IMG/VR virus record: IMGVR_UViG_3300032167_007427
From: an uncultured virus (IMG/VR IMGVR_UViG_3300032167_007427)
Lineage: Duplodnaviria; Heunggongvirae; Uroviricota; Caudoviricetes
Length of the DNA: 20,000 nt
Reading direction: 5' to 3' (one strand)
The position numbers and the translations under genes are program-made. The notes under the pieces are model-generated. The model was not told where the DNA came from. It saw only the letters and a list, made by a program, of their open reading frames with translations, and searched no databases. Below are positions 1 through 8,447 of the stretch, one piece after another. Numbering within the stretch: the first letter of the stretch is position 1; each line of letters opens with the position of its first letter.

Positions 1-1926
1 GTTAAGGCTCGCGCAAGAAAGAAATCCAATCAGGTATACGGAATGTCAAGTGCGGTATCCACAAAAACTTTAGGTGGTTCAACAATTGGAAGTGTATCCA
101 CATTAACCGCTGACACAACAACGGTAAGCATCAGCATAAATACAACGGTTTATAATGCTTCATACACGCACACCCTCCAAATCAAGAATGGTTCGTCAAC
201 ATATGTGGAAATAACAGGTCTATCCTGGGCAAAAGGTACTGCCACAAGAACTATTACCCTGACTGCTGCACAAAAAACTTCACTCTTGACAGCAATGGCT
301 TCTATAAAATCATTTACAGGTACTTTTGCTCTCATTACCTATAGTGGCTCAACTCAGATTGGAACAACGGCTACGAAAACTGCAACTGTACAAACAACAG
401 CTTCAAGTTCTGCGCCATCAATGAGTAACTTTTCTTGCCGTGACGGAAGAAGTAATACCTCAAACTTAACCGGTGATGACCAGTTATATATTCAAAGCTA
501 CTCTTATTTATATGTCACGCCTGGAACAGTAACGGCAAAAAATAATGCTACAATTGCTTCTTATTCCGTAACTTGCAATGGTGTAACCCAATCAAATACA
601 ACGGGTGCGGAAATCAATCTTGGAACGGTATCAAAATCAGGATCTGTAGACGTTGTTGTTACTGCTACAGACTCCCGTGGGTATACAGTTAGCCTTACCC
701 AAAAAATAACGGTTATCGCTTACGAGAAACCAAAGGTATCATCCATTACATTACGCCGTACCAATGATATAGAAGCCGAGATGCAGCTAACCTTTAATGG
801 TTCGATTTCACCCGTTACCATTGATGGAACTCAAACAAACAGCCTGTTATACGTTCAGTACCGTTATAAGAAAACAAGTGCAACAACCTACGGCTCGTAT
901 ACGAACATAACCTCATCCGTAACCAAGAGCGGCGCAAATTTCTCATATACGAATTTAGAGTTGTGTGAACTTGATGCTAATTCATCGTATGATTTCCATT
1001 TATACATACGTGATCAGCTAAACACGCTATCAGCATTAAACCTTTATATAACAGTTCCCCAAGGTACACCACTTGTTGCGCTCCGAAAGCAGAAGGTGGG
1101 AATAAACAACCCCAGCCCCACTGTTGCTCTTGATGTAGCAGGAGATGCTAAGGTTTCGGGTACACTCACGGCTTCAACAGTAACAGCAACAACCCTTAAT
1201 GGTTCACTTGCTCCCTCAAAGTTATCATCTGCAGTAACTATCGCAAAGGGTGGTACGGGTGCTACTACCGCAGCCGGGGCGGCCACCAACATTGTTGGAG
1301 GACAAGATATCACCCCCAGATCTATCTCCGTTACAGGTAACAGATATTACATCGACGACCTTTACGGACTTAATATGCAGAATTCCGATGTTGTTGGTGT
1401 TAACGGTATATACTTTGGTGATGCAGTTGACTCTCAAGGTGAGGGATTAAACTTCTATCGTAGTGCTACTACTTGGGACAGACTTTACTCATATGCGGGA
1501 ACGTTGTATTATTCACCCAATGTTGCTACGGACACCCATCCCGGAACAAGATACACCGTGTATCATTCCGGCGGTTCCACAATCCCTCTTACCAAGGGTG
1601 GAACAGGTGGTACTACTGCAGCAGATGCTCGAACCAACCTTGGTATAGCAAGCACCTGGCTTTGGAACGGCTCTCTCTCAAGCGGAAGTATTACCTTTAA
1701 TTATGGCTCTTATAAAGCCTATGCTATTCTTGGAAATCCGAGTTCAGGTTCAGCAAAGGTAGGTTTATTCCTGCCCAAAAATATGGTTTTAACATATAAT
1801 ACGCAGTTTCAGTTGGCAGACGAATCGAACTACAAAACATTCAATGTAATGTATTCGGGAACAACGGTTACGCTTACTGCAGGCGATGGAAGTGGAATTA
1901 TAACAAATGTTTACGGTATAAACTAA
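1..1926 (+). CDS. Phage minor tail / receptor-binding (tail fibre) protein, 5'-truncated; DUF859-like N-terminal region
   Basis: Frame is open from base 1 (VKARARKKSNQVYG-M), so the true start is probably upstream of the window. Ser/Thr/Gly-rich beta-type sequence, a VTATDSRG motif typical of DUF859-like siphovirus tail proteins, VGINNPSPTVALDVAG, and two KGGTG-TTAA-A-TN fibre repeats. Lies directly upstream of the lysis genes. Confidence 0.8.
   Translation, partial: VKARARKKSNQVYGMSSAVSTKTLGGSTIGSVSTLTADTTTVSISINTTVYNASYTHTLQIKNGSSTYVEITGLSWAKGTATRTITLTAAQKTSLLTAMASIKSFTGTFALITYSGSTQIGTTATKTATVQTTASSSAPSMSNFSCRDGRSNTSNLTGDDQLYIQSYSYLYVTPGTVTAKNNATIASYSVTCNGVTQSNTTGAEINLGTVSKSGSVDVVVTATDSRGYTVSLTQKITVIAYEKPKVSSITLRRTNDIEAEMQLTFNGSISPVTIDGTQTNSLLYVQYRYKKTSATTYGSYTNITSSVTKSGANFSYTNLELCELDANSSYDFHLYIRDQLNTLSALNLYITVPQGTPLVALRKQKVGINNPSPTVALDVAGDAKVSGTLTASTVTATTLNGSLAPSKLSSAVTIAKGGTGATTAAGAATNIVGGQDITPRSISVTGNRYYIDDLYGLNMQNSDVVGVNGIYFGDAVDSQGEGLNFYRSATTWDRLYSYAGTLYYSPNVATDTHPGTRYTVYHSGGSTIPLTKGGTGGTTAADARTNLGIASTWLWNGSLSSGSITFNYGSYKAYAILGNPSSGSAKVGLFLPKNMVLTYNTQFQLADESNYKTFNVMYSGTTVTLTAGDGSGIITNVYGIN
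1246..1638 (+). repeat. Two 45-nt imperfect direct repeats (1246-1290, 1594-1638) encoding KGGTG(A/G)TTAA-A-TN
   Basis: aagggtggtacgggtgctactaccgcagcc... vs aagggtggaacaggtggtactactgcagca...; 34/45 identical by manual count. Confidence 0.8.
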
Positions 1927-1936
1927 GGAGGCAGAA

Positions 1937-2305
1937 ATGAAGATTACAGTTGATAACGAAGGCTTCATTGAGAACTATGCAACTCTTGGAGAAATCATCG
2001 ATAGTACCGAAATAGACGAGCCCACAGATCTTGAACATTTTGAACGTAACCATCGATCCTACCGCCTCAAAGACGGTAAACTCTTATTTGATGAAGAGCG
2101 ATTTGTTGTCCTTCAGAATGAAGCTGAAAACATACGTCTTCGTAATGAACGTGATAAGGAATGTTTCTCTGTTATAAATCGAGGGTGGTTATGGTATGAC
2201 ACACTCACAGAAAAGCAGACTAAGGAACTGCGTAAATGGTATAAAGACTGGCTCGATGTAACCGAAACCAAGAAAAAACCCAACAGACCATCGTGGCTGA
2301 AATAA
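1937..2305 (+). CDS. Phage protein, putative tail-fibre assembly chaperone
   Basis: Strong RBS (aaggagg) right after the fibre stop. C-terminus LRKWYKDWLDVT...P-RPSW resembles the end of Tfa-like chaperones, and the position after a fibre gene fits. Confidence 0.6.
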   Translation: MKITVDNEGFIENYATLGEIIDSTEIDEPTDLEHFERNHRSYRLKDGKLLFDEERFVVLQNEAENIRLRNERDKECFSVINRGWLWYDTLTEKQTKELRKWYKDWLDVTETKKKPNRPSWLK

Positions 2306-2313
2306 GGAATTAT

Positions 2314-2338
2314 GGCACTCCGATATGGGTGCCTTTTT
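2314..2338 (+). terminator. Rho-independent terminator
   Basis: GGCACTC-cgatat-GGGTGCC stem (one G-U pair) followed by TTTTT. Confidence 0.6.
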
Positions 2339-2369
2339 CATATTCAAATCAAAGAAGGAGGAAACGCCA

Positions 2370-2630
2370 ATGGTAATCAATCTTACCACTGTCGCGGCTA
2401 CGATTACTGCTCTCGGAGTTATTTTCGGTGCTGTGTTCGGCATCTACAAATGGTTCCTTAAGCAGGAAAAGCAAGACCGTGACATCAAAGCCATAAAGGA
2501 AGAACAGACCGTGCTTGTTCACGGTGTCCTTGCTTGCCTTATGGGTTTGAAGGAACAGGGGTGCAATGGCCCCGTAACAGAAGCCATTGAGAAAATCGAA
2601 GAGTACATCAACAAACAGGCACACAAGTAA
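2370..2630 (+). CDS. Single-TM phage lysis-module membrane protein (holin-like or accessory), 86 aa
   Basis: Start reassigned to ATG 2370 after RBS aaggagg. N-terminal hydrophobic helix (VAATITALGVIFGAVFGIY) followed by a coiled-coil-like segment. Sits before the holin and lysin. Confidence 0.65.
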   Translation: MVINLTTVAATITALGVIFGAVFGIYKWFLKQEKQDRDIKAIKEEQTVLVHGVLACLMGLKEQGCNGPVTEAIEKIEEYINKQAHK

Positions 2631-2644
2631 AGGAGGTACGTGCT

Positions 2645-2932
2645 ATGACAACATTTGATATCGCTATCGTTCCCGCATTGGCGGCAATCGTCTACACCAT
2701 TATCGACATTGCGAAAACAGCTATGGGCAGTGATGAAAGGTTCAGAAGATTTATCCCTCTCATTGCCTGTGTTCTCGGTGCAATATGCGGTGTAATCGCA
2801 TTTTATTTTGTTCCCGGTGTTATGGGAACGGACAATCTGCTCGTTGCTATTGTCCTCGGTTCAGCAAGCGGACTTTCTGCAACGGGTACAAACCAGGCAG
2901 TAAAACAGCTTACAAAAAAGGAGGAAAAGTAA
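2645..2932 (+). CDS. Holin
   Basis: 95 aa with 2-3 hydrophobic segments, a GLSATGTNQAVKQL motif and a charged C-terminus. RBS aaggagg. Stop abuts the endolysin start (TAAATG). Confidence 0.85.
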   Translation: MTTFDIAIVPALAAIVYTIIDIAKTAMGSDERFRRFIPLIACVLGAICGVIAFYFVPGVMGTDNLLVAIVLGSASGLSATGTNQAVKQLTKKEEK

Positions 2933-3862
2933 ATGAAACTTCATAAGCTCATTCTAACCGAAAACGCCTGCTATAAGGCTGGTAAAAAAATCACCGTCAA
3001 GGGTATTATGGTTCATTCCACGGGTTGTAATAATCCTTGGCTCTGGCGTTATGTCGGCCCCAATGACGGCAAACTCGGTGAAAACAAGTATAACACCCAT
3101 TGGAACACCTACCATCCCGGCGGTCGTGAAGTATGCGTTCACGCCTTTATAGGCAAACTCGCTGACGGATCTATTGCAACGTACCAGACATTGCCGTGGA
3201 ATCACCGTGGTTGGCACGCAGGTGGTTCGGCAAATAATACCCACATCGGATTTGAAATCTGTGAGGATGATTTGACCGATGCTACATACTTCAACAAAGT
3301 CTATCGTGAAGCTGTGGAACTTTGTGCATACCTTTGTAAGGAGTATGGCCTCACCGAGAAGAACATCATCTGTCACAGCGAAGGTTACAAGCAGGGCGTT
3401 GCTTCAAACCACGCAGACGTTATGCACTGGTTCCCTAAGTACGGAAAGTCTATGGATACCTTCCGTGCTGATGTAAAGGCATTGCTCGGAAAGAACTCTG
3501 AAACAGTCACCAAGGATGATACTACCGTGTATCCCGAAAAGCTGACCACCGGCTATTACCGTGTACGTAAGTCCTGGAAGGATAGTAAGTCCCAGGTAGG
3601 TGCTTACCGTGTTCTCTCTAATGCAAAAGCTACCGCCGACAAAAATCCCGGTACTTACGTATTTACCAACGATGGTAAAGCAATTTATCCTACAGCAACA
3701 CAGACAACGTACCGTGTCCATACTGTAGTGACCGGCGACAGCCTTTGGAAAATCGCGCAGAAGTACCTCGGTGACGGTAACCGATATCCCGAAATCAAGT
3801 CGCTCAACGGTCTTACTTCCAACACCATCTACAGCGGATGGAAACTGAAAATACCTAACTAA
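2933..3862 (+). CDS. Endolysin: N-acetylmuramoyl-L-alanine amidase (Amidase_2) with C-terminal LysM
   Basis: IMVHSTG, VHAFIG, GWHAGG-AN--HIGFEICE and ICHSE...HAD motifs of zinc amidases. C-terminal HTVVTGDSLWKIAQKYLG...LNGL-SNTIYSGWKLKIP is a LysM domain. The middle YYRVRKSWKDSKSQVGAY...IYP segment is probably a second wall-binding domain. Confidence 0.93.
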   Translation: MKLHKLILTENACYKAGKKITVKGIMVHSTGCNNPWLWRYVGPNDGKLGENKYNTHWNTYHPGGREVCVHAFIGKLADGSIATYQTLPWNHRGWHAGGSANNTHIGFEICEDDLTDATYFNKVYREAVELCAYLCKEYGLTEKNIICHSEGYKQGVASNHADVMHWFPKYGKSMDTFRADVKALLGKNSETVTKDDTTVYPEKLTTGYYRVRKSWKDSKSQVGAYRVLSNAKATADKNPGTYVFTNDGKAIYPTATQTTYRVHTVVTGDSLWKIAQKYLGDGNRYPEIKSLNGLTSNTIYSGWKLKIPN

Positions 3863-3865
3863 CAC

Positions 3866-3907
3866 TATGCCCATCGAGGAGAAATCTTCGGTGGGCATAT
3901 TTTTTTT
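3866..3907 (+). terminator. Rho-independent terminator ending the late operon
   Basis: TATGCCCATCGAGGA-GAAA-TCTTCGGTGGGCATA 15-bp stem followed by T8. Confidence 0.9.
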
Positions 3908-3989
3908 GCACATTTTTTGATTTTGGGTGGAAAAACAAATTCAAAATGTCCAACCAGGGGGTGAAGAACACTAAAAGCGAGGTCAAAAT

Positions 3990-4373
3990 ATGCAAAAAGA
4001 AAATGAAATCATCGCCCTCCAAAAGCAAGGTTATGGCTATAGACGTATTGCTACTATGCTTGAACTTCCGATAAACAAGGTGCGCTATTTTTGCGAAAAG
4101 AATCCTTATAACTCTAATAATAAAAAGTGTCTTAACTGTGGTATCGCAATCAAAAACACACCACATAAACGTGAAAAGAAGTTCTGTTCAGATAAATGCC
4201 GTATGGATTGGTGGAATTCTCACCCTGAACTTGTAAACCGTAAAGCAATGTATCACCTTATCTGTAGCCATTGCGGTAAACCTTTTGATGCCTACGGAAA
4301 GGCAAACAAAAAATACTGTTCTCGTGCTTGTTATGCTGATGCCAGACGTAAAGGAGGAAGCAACAATGAGTGA
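3990..4373 (+). CDS. HTH plus double zinc-finger DNA-binding protein
   Basis: N-terminal sigma-region-4-like HTH (LQKQGYGYRRIATMLELPINKVR) and two CxxC...CSxxC motifs (CLNC...FCSDKC; CSHC...YCSRAC). Confidence 0.75.
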   Translation: MQKENEIIALQKQGYGYRRIATMLELPINKVRYFCEKNPYNSNNKKCLNCGIAIKNTPHKREKKFCSDKCRMDWWNSHPELVNRKAMYHLICSHCGKPFDAYGKANKKYCSRACYADARRKGGSNNE

Positions 4374-4527
4374 TGAACTCTTCCGTCGCATTCTTCTTTA
4401 TAAAACCACAATGGCTACTATCAAGAAAATGCTTGAAAATGGCTTAATTACTCCCGAAGAATACGCCATAATTGACACAAAAATTGCCGAGAAATATGCC
4501 TTAAATTCGTCTGTTATATATCGCTGA
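4366..4527 (+). CDS. SHOCT-domain microprotein, 53 aa
   Basis: ATG 4366 after RBS aaggagg, overlapping the upstream stop. IKKMLENGLITPEEY is a SHOCT signature. Confidence 0.75.
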   Translation: MSDELFRRILLYKTTMATIKKMLENGLITPEEYAIIDTKIAEKYALNSSVIYR

Positions 4528-4533
4528 TAACCG

Positions 4534-4564
4534 TTGACTTATCAGGGATTTAGAGTGATATATA
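4534..4564 (+). promoter_or_regulatory. Putative sigma-A-like promoter for the recombinase pair
   Basis: TTGACT (4534-4539) and extended TG-a-TATATA (4556-4564). The 19-nt spacer is long. RBS aaggagg follows. Confidence 0.45.
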
Positions 4565-4586
4565 TGATGACAATAAGGAGGTATAT

Positions 4587-5888
4587 ATGGATAGAAATGT
4601 AGAAAGGGTGGTATTCAATACACCTAAAAAGCCAAAGGCAACAAAAGTTGCTGCCTATGCACGTGTTTCAAGTGGCAAGGATGCAATGCTTCATTCCTTA
4701 TCGGCTCAGGTCAGTTATTATTCTAACCTCATTCAAAATCACGAGGGCTGGTTGTATGTTGGAGTTTACAGAGACGAAGGAATAACGGGCACTAAAGAAC
4801 AGAGGAACGGGTTTCAAAGGCTTATGAACGATTGCCGAGCCGGGAAAATTGACCTAATAATAACAAAGAGTATTTCACGCTTTGCACGAAATACAGTCAC
4901 ATTACTTGAAGCGGTTAGAGAGCTCAAATCTTTGGGAATCGGAATACTTTTCGAGGAACAGAACATTAATACCCTCACAGCTGAAGGAGAATTTATGATT
5001 ACAATTCTCGCATCCTATGCTCAAGAGGAGAGCCTATCAGCAAGCGAAAATCAGAAATGGCGTGTAAAGAAAAACTTTGAAGAAGGTAAACCCTGGACGG
5101 GAAAGATGCTCGGTTACCGTTATGATCACGGCACATATAGAGTTATCCCCGAAGAGGCCGAAACTGTTAAACTGATTTTTTCAACCTACCTTAAAGGGAA
5201 AGGGATAATTTCCATTGTAAATATGCTCAACGCCAAAGGAATCCCTTCTCCGAACAGTGAAAAATGGAGTCAAACCACGGTAAGAAAAATACTCAGCCAA
5301 TACACCTATACAGGAAACTTGCTGCTACAGCGATTTTACCGTAATAACCATCTTGAAAAAATCACAATGGTTAATCACGGCGAATTGCCGATGTACCACG
5401 TTGAGGGGTGCCACGAACCTATTATCCCACTTGAAGAATTCACAGCCGTCCAGAATCGCCTTGCAGAACAAGCCGAAAAGTTCAATAAATCCAAAGGCAC
5501 TAAAAAACTATACCCTTTTACAGGACGAGTTGTGTGCGCCGGATGTGGAAAGAACTTCAAAAGAAGGACCACGCCTACTACTGTCACCTGGGTTTGCCCA
5601 ACTTACAATTCACAAGGTAAATCCGCTTGTGATGCAAAACAGATTCCCGAAGAAACACTTATCAAAACATGCAAAGAAGTCCTCGGTGTTGAGGATATTA
5701 CTACGGAGTTGCTCTACAGCCGTTTAACGGCTATACGAGCCGATAAAAACAACACACTAATATTCTGTTTCCGTGACGGAAAAGAAATCGTTAAACGATG
5801 GAAAGACCGTTCACGCTCGGAAAGTTGGACTCCTGAAATGAGAGCCGAGGTAAGCAGACGAAGAAGGGAGAGTATGGTTAATGGCTAA
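4587..5888 (+). CDS. Large serine recombinase 1 (resolvase, recombinase and zinc-ribbon domains; no coiled coil)
   Basis: AYARVSS catalytic Ser motif, DEGITG, ITKSISRFARN, recombinase domain ending HEPII, and CAGC...C...C zinc ribbon. Confidence 0.93.
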   Translation: MDRNVERVVFNTPKKPKATKVAAYARVSSGKDAMLHSLSAQVSYYSNLIQNHEGWLYVGVYRDEGITGTKEQRNGFQRLMNDCRAGKIDLIITKSISRFARNTVTLLEAVRELKSLGIGILFEEQNINTLTAEGEFMITILASYAQEESLSASENQKWRVKKNFEEGKPWTGKMLGYRYDHGTYRVIPEEAETVKLIFSTYLKGKGIISIVNMLNAKGIPSPNSEKWSQTTVRKILSQYTYTGNLLLQRFYRNNHLEKITMVNHGELPMYHVEGCHEPIIPLEEFTAVQNRLAEQAEKFNKSKGTKKLYPFTGRVVCAGCGKNFKRRTTPTTVTWVCPTYNSQGKSACDAKQIPEETLIKTCKEVLGVEDITTELLYSRLTAIRADKNNTLIFCFRDGKEIVKRWKDRSRSESWTPEMRAEVSRRRRESMVNG

Positions 5889-7461
5889 AACCGTCACAAA
5901 GATACCCGCCACGATAAACCCTATTACACGAATGCCCATAATGGGAAGGCGTAAACGCCGTGTTGCGGGATATGCGAGAGTATCCACAGATAAAGATGAA
6001 CAGTTTAGCTCATATGAAGCACAGGTCGATTACTACACAAAATACATACAGGCTAATCCTGAATGGGAGTTTGTCAAGGTTTATACCGATGAGGGCATTT
6101 CAGCAACAAGCACAAAACGCCGAGACGGCTTCAATGAAATGATTAATGATGCGCTTAACGGTAAAATAGACCTCATTGTAACCAAGTCCGTCAGTCGTTT
6201 TGCTCGAAACACGGTCGATAGTTTGACTACAATTCGCAAACTCAAAGAAAAGATGGTCGAGGTCTATTTTGAAAAAGAAAACATATGGACTTTTGAATCT
6301 AAAGGTGAGTTGCTTCTCACAATCATGTCCTCTATTGCACAAGAGGAGAGCCGATCCATCTCCGAAAACATAACCTGGGGTAAAAGGAAAAGCGCATCGG
6401 ACGGAAAAGTCAGCCTTGCATATAAATATTTCCTTGGCTACGATAAAGGCCCCAACGGACTTGTTATAAATGAAGAGCAAGCCGTAATTGTCCGTCGTAT
6501 ATACCGAGATTTCATTGCCGGAAAAACAACTTGGACAATAGCAGAAGAGTTGACTGCCGAGGGTATATTAACTCCCGGAGGTAAAGAACAATGGCGTACA
6601 ACAACCGTTGAAAGCATCCTCACAAACGAGAAATACAAAGGGGCAGCACTTCTACAAAAAACTTTCACGGTTGACTACCTTTCAAAGAAAGTAAAAGTAA
6701 ATGAGGGAGAGGTTCCCCAATATTACGTCGAGGATAGCCACCCCGCCATCATACCCCCTGATGAATGGGATAGGGTTCAAAAGGAAATCGCAAGACGTAG
6801 AAGCCTTGGGCGCAAGTATAGCGGGAACGGCATTTTTGCAACACGCATTGTATGCGGTGAATGCGGTGCATATTATGGGGCAAAGGTATGGAATTCCAAC
6901 GATAAATACCGCCGTGTTGTATGGCAATGCAACGATAAGTTCAAAGGCAAAGGTAAAGATAAATGTACCACTATCCACCTTTCTGAGGATGAAATCAAGC
7001 GTAGATTTATAACCGCATTCAATATCCTTTTTGATAGCAAAGACGAGGTTATTGCAAATTGTGAGATGGTCGCAAGGCTCTTCTCCGACACTACGGATCT
7101 TGACGAAAAGAAGGATACCTTATTACAAGAACTTGAGGTTGTTTCGGAGCTTATTCAAAAGCTGATTGATGAGAACGCTTCTCAGGCACAAGACCAAGGC
7201 GATTATATGGCTCGGTATAACGCCTATGTAAAACGGTACGAGAGTTTCAACGAAAAGTTCAAAACCATAGAACAAGAAATCCTTGTCCGAAAAGGACGAG
7301 CCGATGCCTTTGATGATTTTATAAGGGTCTTTGCCACAGTTGAGGACAAACTTCTTGATTTTGATGACAACCTATGGGTACTTACAATCGATAAAGTAAA
7401 GGTAATGCCGAACGGTGAACTTCGTTTTGTTTTCCAAAACGGAGCAGAAATTATCGCCTGA
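5881..7461 (+). CDS. Large serine recombinase 2 (canonical architecture with coiled coil)
   Basis: GYARVST, DEGIS, VTKSVSRFARN, ILTNEKYKG, HPAII, CGECG...C...C zinc ribbon and a long heptad region. Overlaps LSR1 by 8 nt. Confidence 0.95.
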   Translation: MAKTVTKIPATINPITRMPIMGRRKRRVAGYARVSTDKDEQFSSYEAQVDYYTKYIQANPEWEFVKVYTDEGISATSTKRRDGFNEMINDALNGKIDLIVTKSVSRFARNTVDSLTTIRKLKEKMVEVYFEKENIWTFESKGELLLTIMSSIAQEESRSISENITWGKRKSASDGKVSLAYKYFLGYDKGPNGLVINEEQAVIVRRIYRDFIAGKTTWTIAEELTAEGILTPGGKEQWRTTTVESILTNEKYKGAALLQKTFTVDYLSKKVKVNEGEVPQYYVEDSHPAIIPPDEWDRVQKEIARRRSLGRKYSGNGIFATRIVCGECGAYYGAKVWNSNDKYRRVVWQCNDKFKGKGKDKCTTIHLSEDEIKRRFITAFNILFDSKDEVIANCEMVARLFSDTTDLDEKKDTLLQELEVVSELIQKLIDENASQAQDQGDYMARYNAYVKRYESFNEKFKTIEQEILVRKGRADAFDDFIRVFATVEDKLLDFDDNLWVLTIDKVKVMPNGELRFVFQNGAEIIA

Positions 7462-7472
7462 ACTCAACGTCC

Positions 7473-7509
7473 AAAAAGCTCCTGTGCATTTTCACGCAGG
7501 AGCCTTATT
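7473..7509. terminator. Bidirectional terminator between convergent operons
   Basis: AAAAA-GCTCCTGTG-cattttca-CGCAGGAGC-cttatt: hairpin with a T5 tail on the minus strand. Confidence 0.7.
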
Positions 7510-7511
7510 GG

Positions 7512-8447
7512 TTATTCTTCTTCGTCATTGATTAATCCATCAACTCCCTCGGTATCTTCGTCTCCGATAGTATCATCAATGTCATCGACATCATCGAATA
7601 CAATACTCTCGTAGGCATCGTCATCACCAAAGGTTTCATCCGCTACAAACGACATTTCTTTAGCATACAGTTTATTCATAGAAAGGCGTTGCTCAAGGTT
7701 CTTTTTCTTACCGTTATATGCAATTATCATTGCCTCGCAGACACCTAAAGAACCTGGGCGTCGGTCTTTTGCGTTACGCATTAGTTGCTTGATAGATAAT
7801 GCGCCAACCTTATCTTTGAAAATATCTTCATCAAGGCGACCGCGATATGTTACAACAAGCTTGGCGGTGGCATTCAGAATATTTGCTGCAAAAGAGTTGG
7901 AATCGCCCTCCCAGGCTCCAATACAAAGACGAAGAACACGATTCAAGACGTGATACCCGTATTTAGAATATATGGCCTCCAAGGTTGAAACCGCACAGAT
8001 AGAACCTGGTGCTTTCTTACGAGAAATACGTAATCCATACGATTCTACAAGCCCTTTGATTGTAAGTTGGTCATTATTACCCGCCTCTACATTAGCTGTA
8101 AAAACTTCGTGGGGATTTAGGCTTTTTACAAACTTCTGCTGATTTGCAAAAATATCAGCTTCGTGTTCGTAACATAAGTCATCATAAATCATGCACCAAA
8201 CGGGTGTATCTCTCGAGCCTGATACCATTGCTACAATCTCAATGGTGTGCTGACCATTAAAGACGTAGTTTATGCCGTTTCTTCGACTTACTTTTACGGG
8301 ATTAATTTGATAAAGGTCGAAGTTCTCCGCAGCACGAATAACGTGTTGTTCTGAAAGGCTACGCTGATAATCCTGGTTTGACACAAGATTTTTAATTGGG
8401 ATTTTCTCGAAATAGACATTGGGGACAAATTCCATAAATTCATCCAT
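7512..8447 (-). CDS. ParB/Srx-like N-terminal domain protein (DUF6551-like) with acidic tail
   Basis: L-SNQDYQR, NFD----PVKVSRR----YVFNGQHT (DGQHR-like motif), EADIFANQ. The last ~40 aa are mostly Asp/Glu. Confidence 0.7.
   Translation of the reverse strand: MDEFMEFVPNVYFEKIPIKNLVSNQDYQRSLSEQHVIRAAENFDLYQINPVKVSRRNGINYVFNGQHTIEIVAMVSGSRDTPVWCMIYDDLCYEHEADIFANQQKFVKSLNPHEVFTANVEAGNNDQLTIKGLVESYGLRISRKKAPGSICAVSTLEAIYSKYGYHVLNRVLRLCIGAWEGDSNSFAANILNATAKLVVTYRGRLDEDIFKDKVGALSIKQLMRNAKDRRPGSLGVCEAMIIAYNGKKKNLEQRLSMNKLYAKEMSFVADETFGDDDAYESIVFDDVDDIDDTIGDEDTEGVDGLINDEEE

Noticed and set aside
1..3862. Diversity-generating retroelement or invertible tail-fibre shufflon
   Set aside because: No reverse transcriptase, no TR/VR pair differing only at adenines and no inverted alternative fibre cassettes are visible in this window.
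3910..3949. Imperfect inverted repeat ACATTTTTTGATTTTG...CAAATTCAAAATGT upstream of the HTH-zinc gene
   Set aside because: Low-complexity A/T sequence with a bulge; it could be an operator but cannot be supported from sequence alone.
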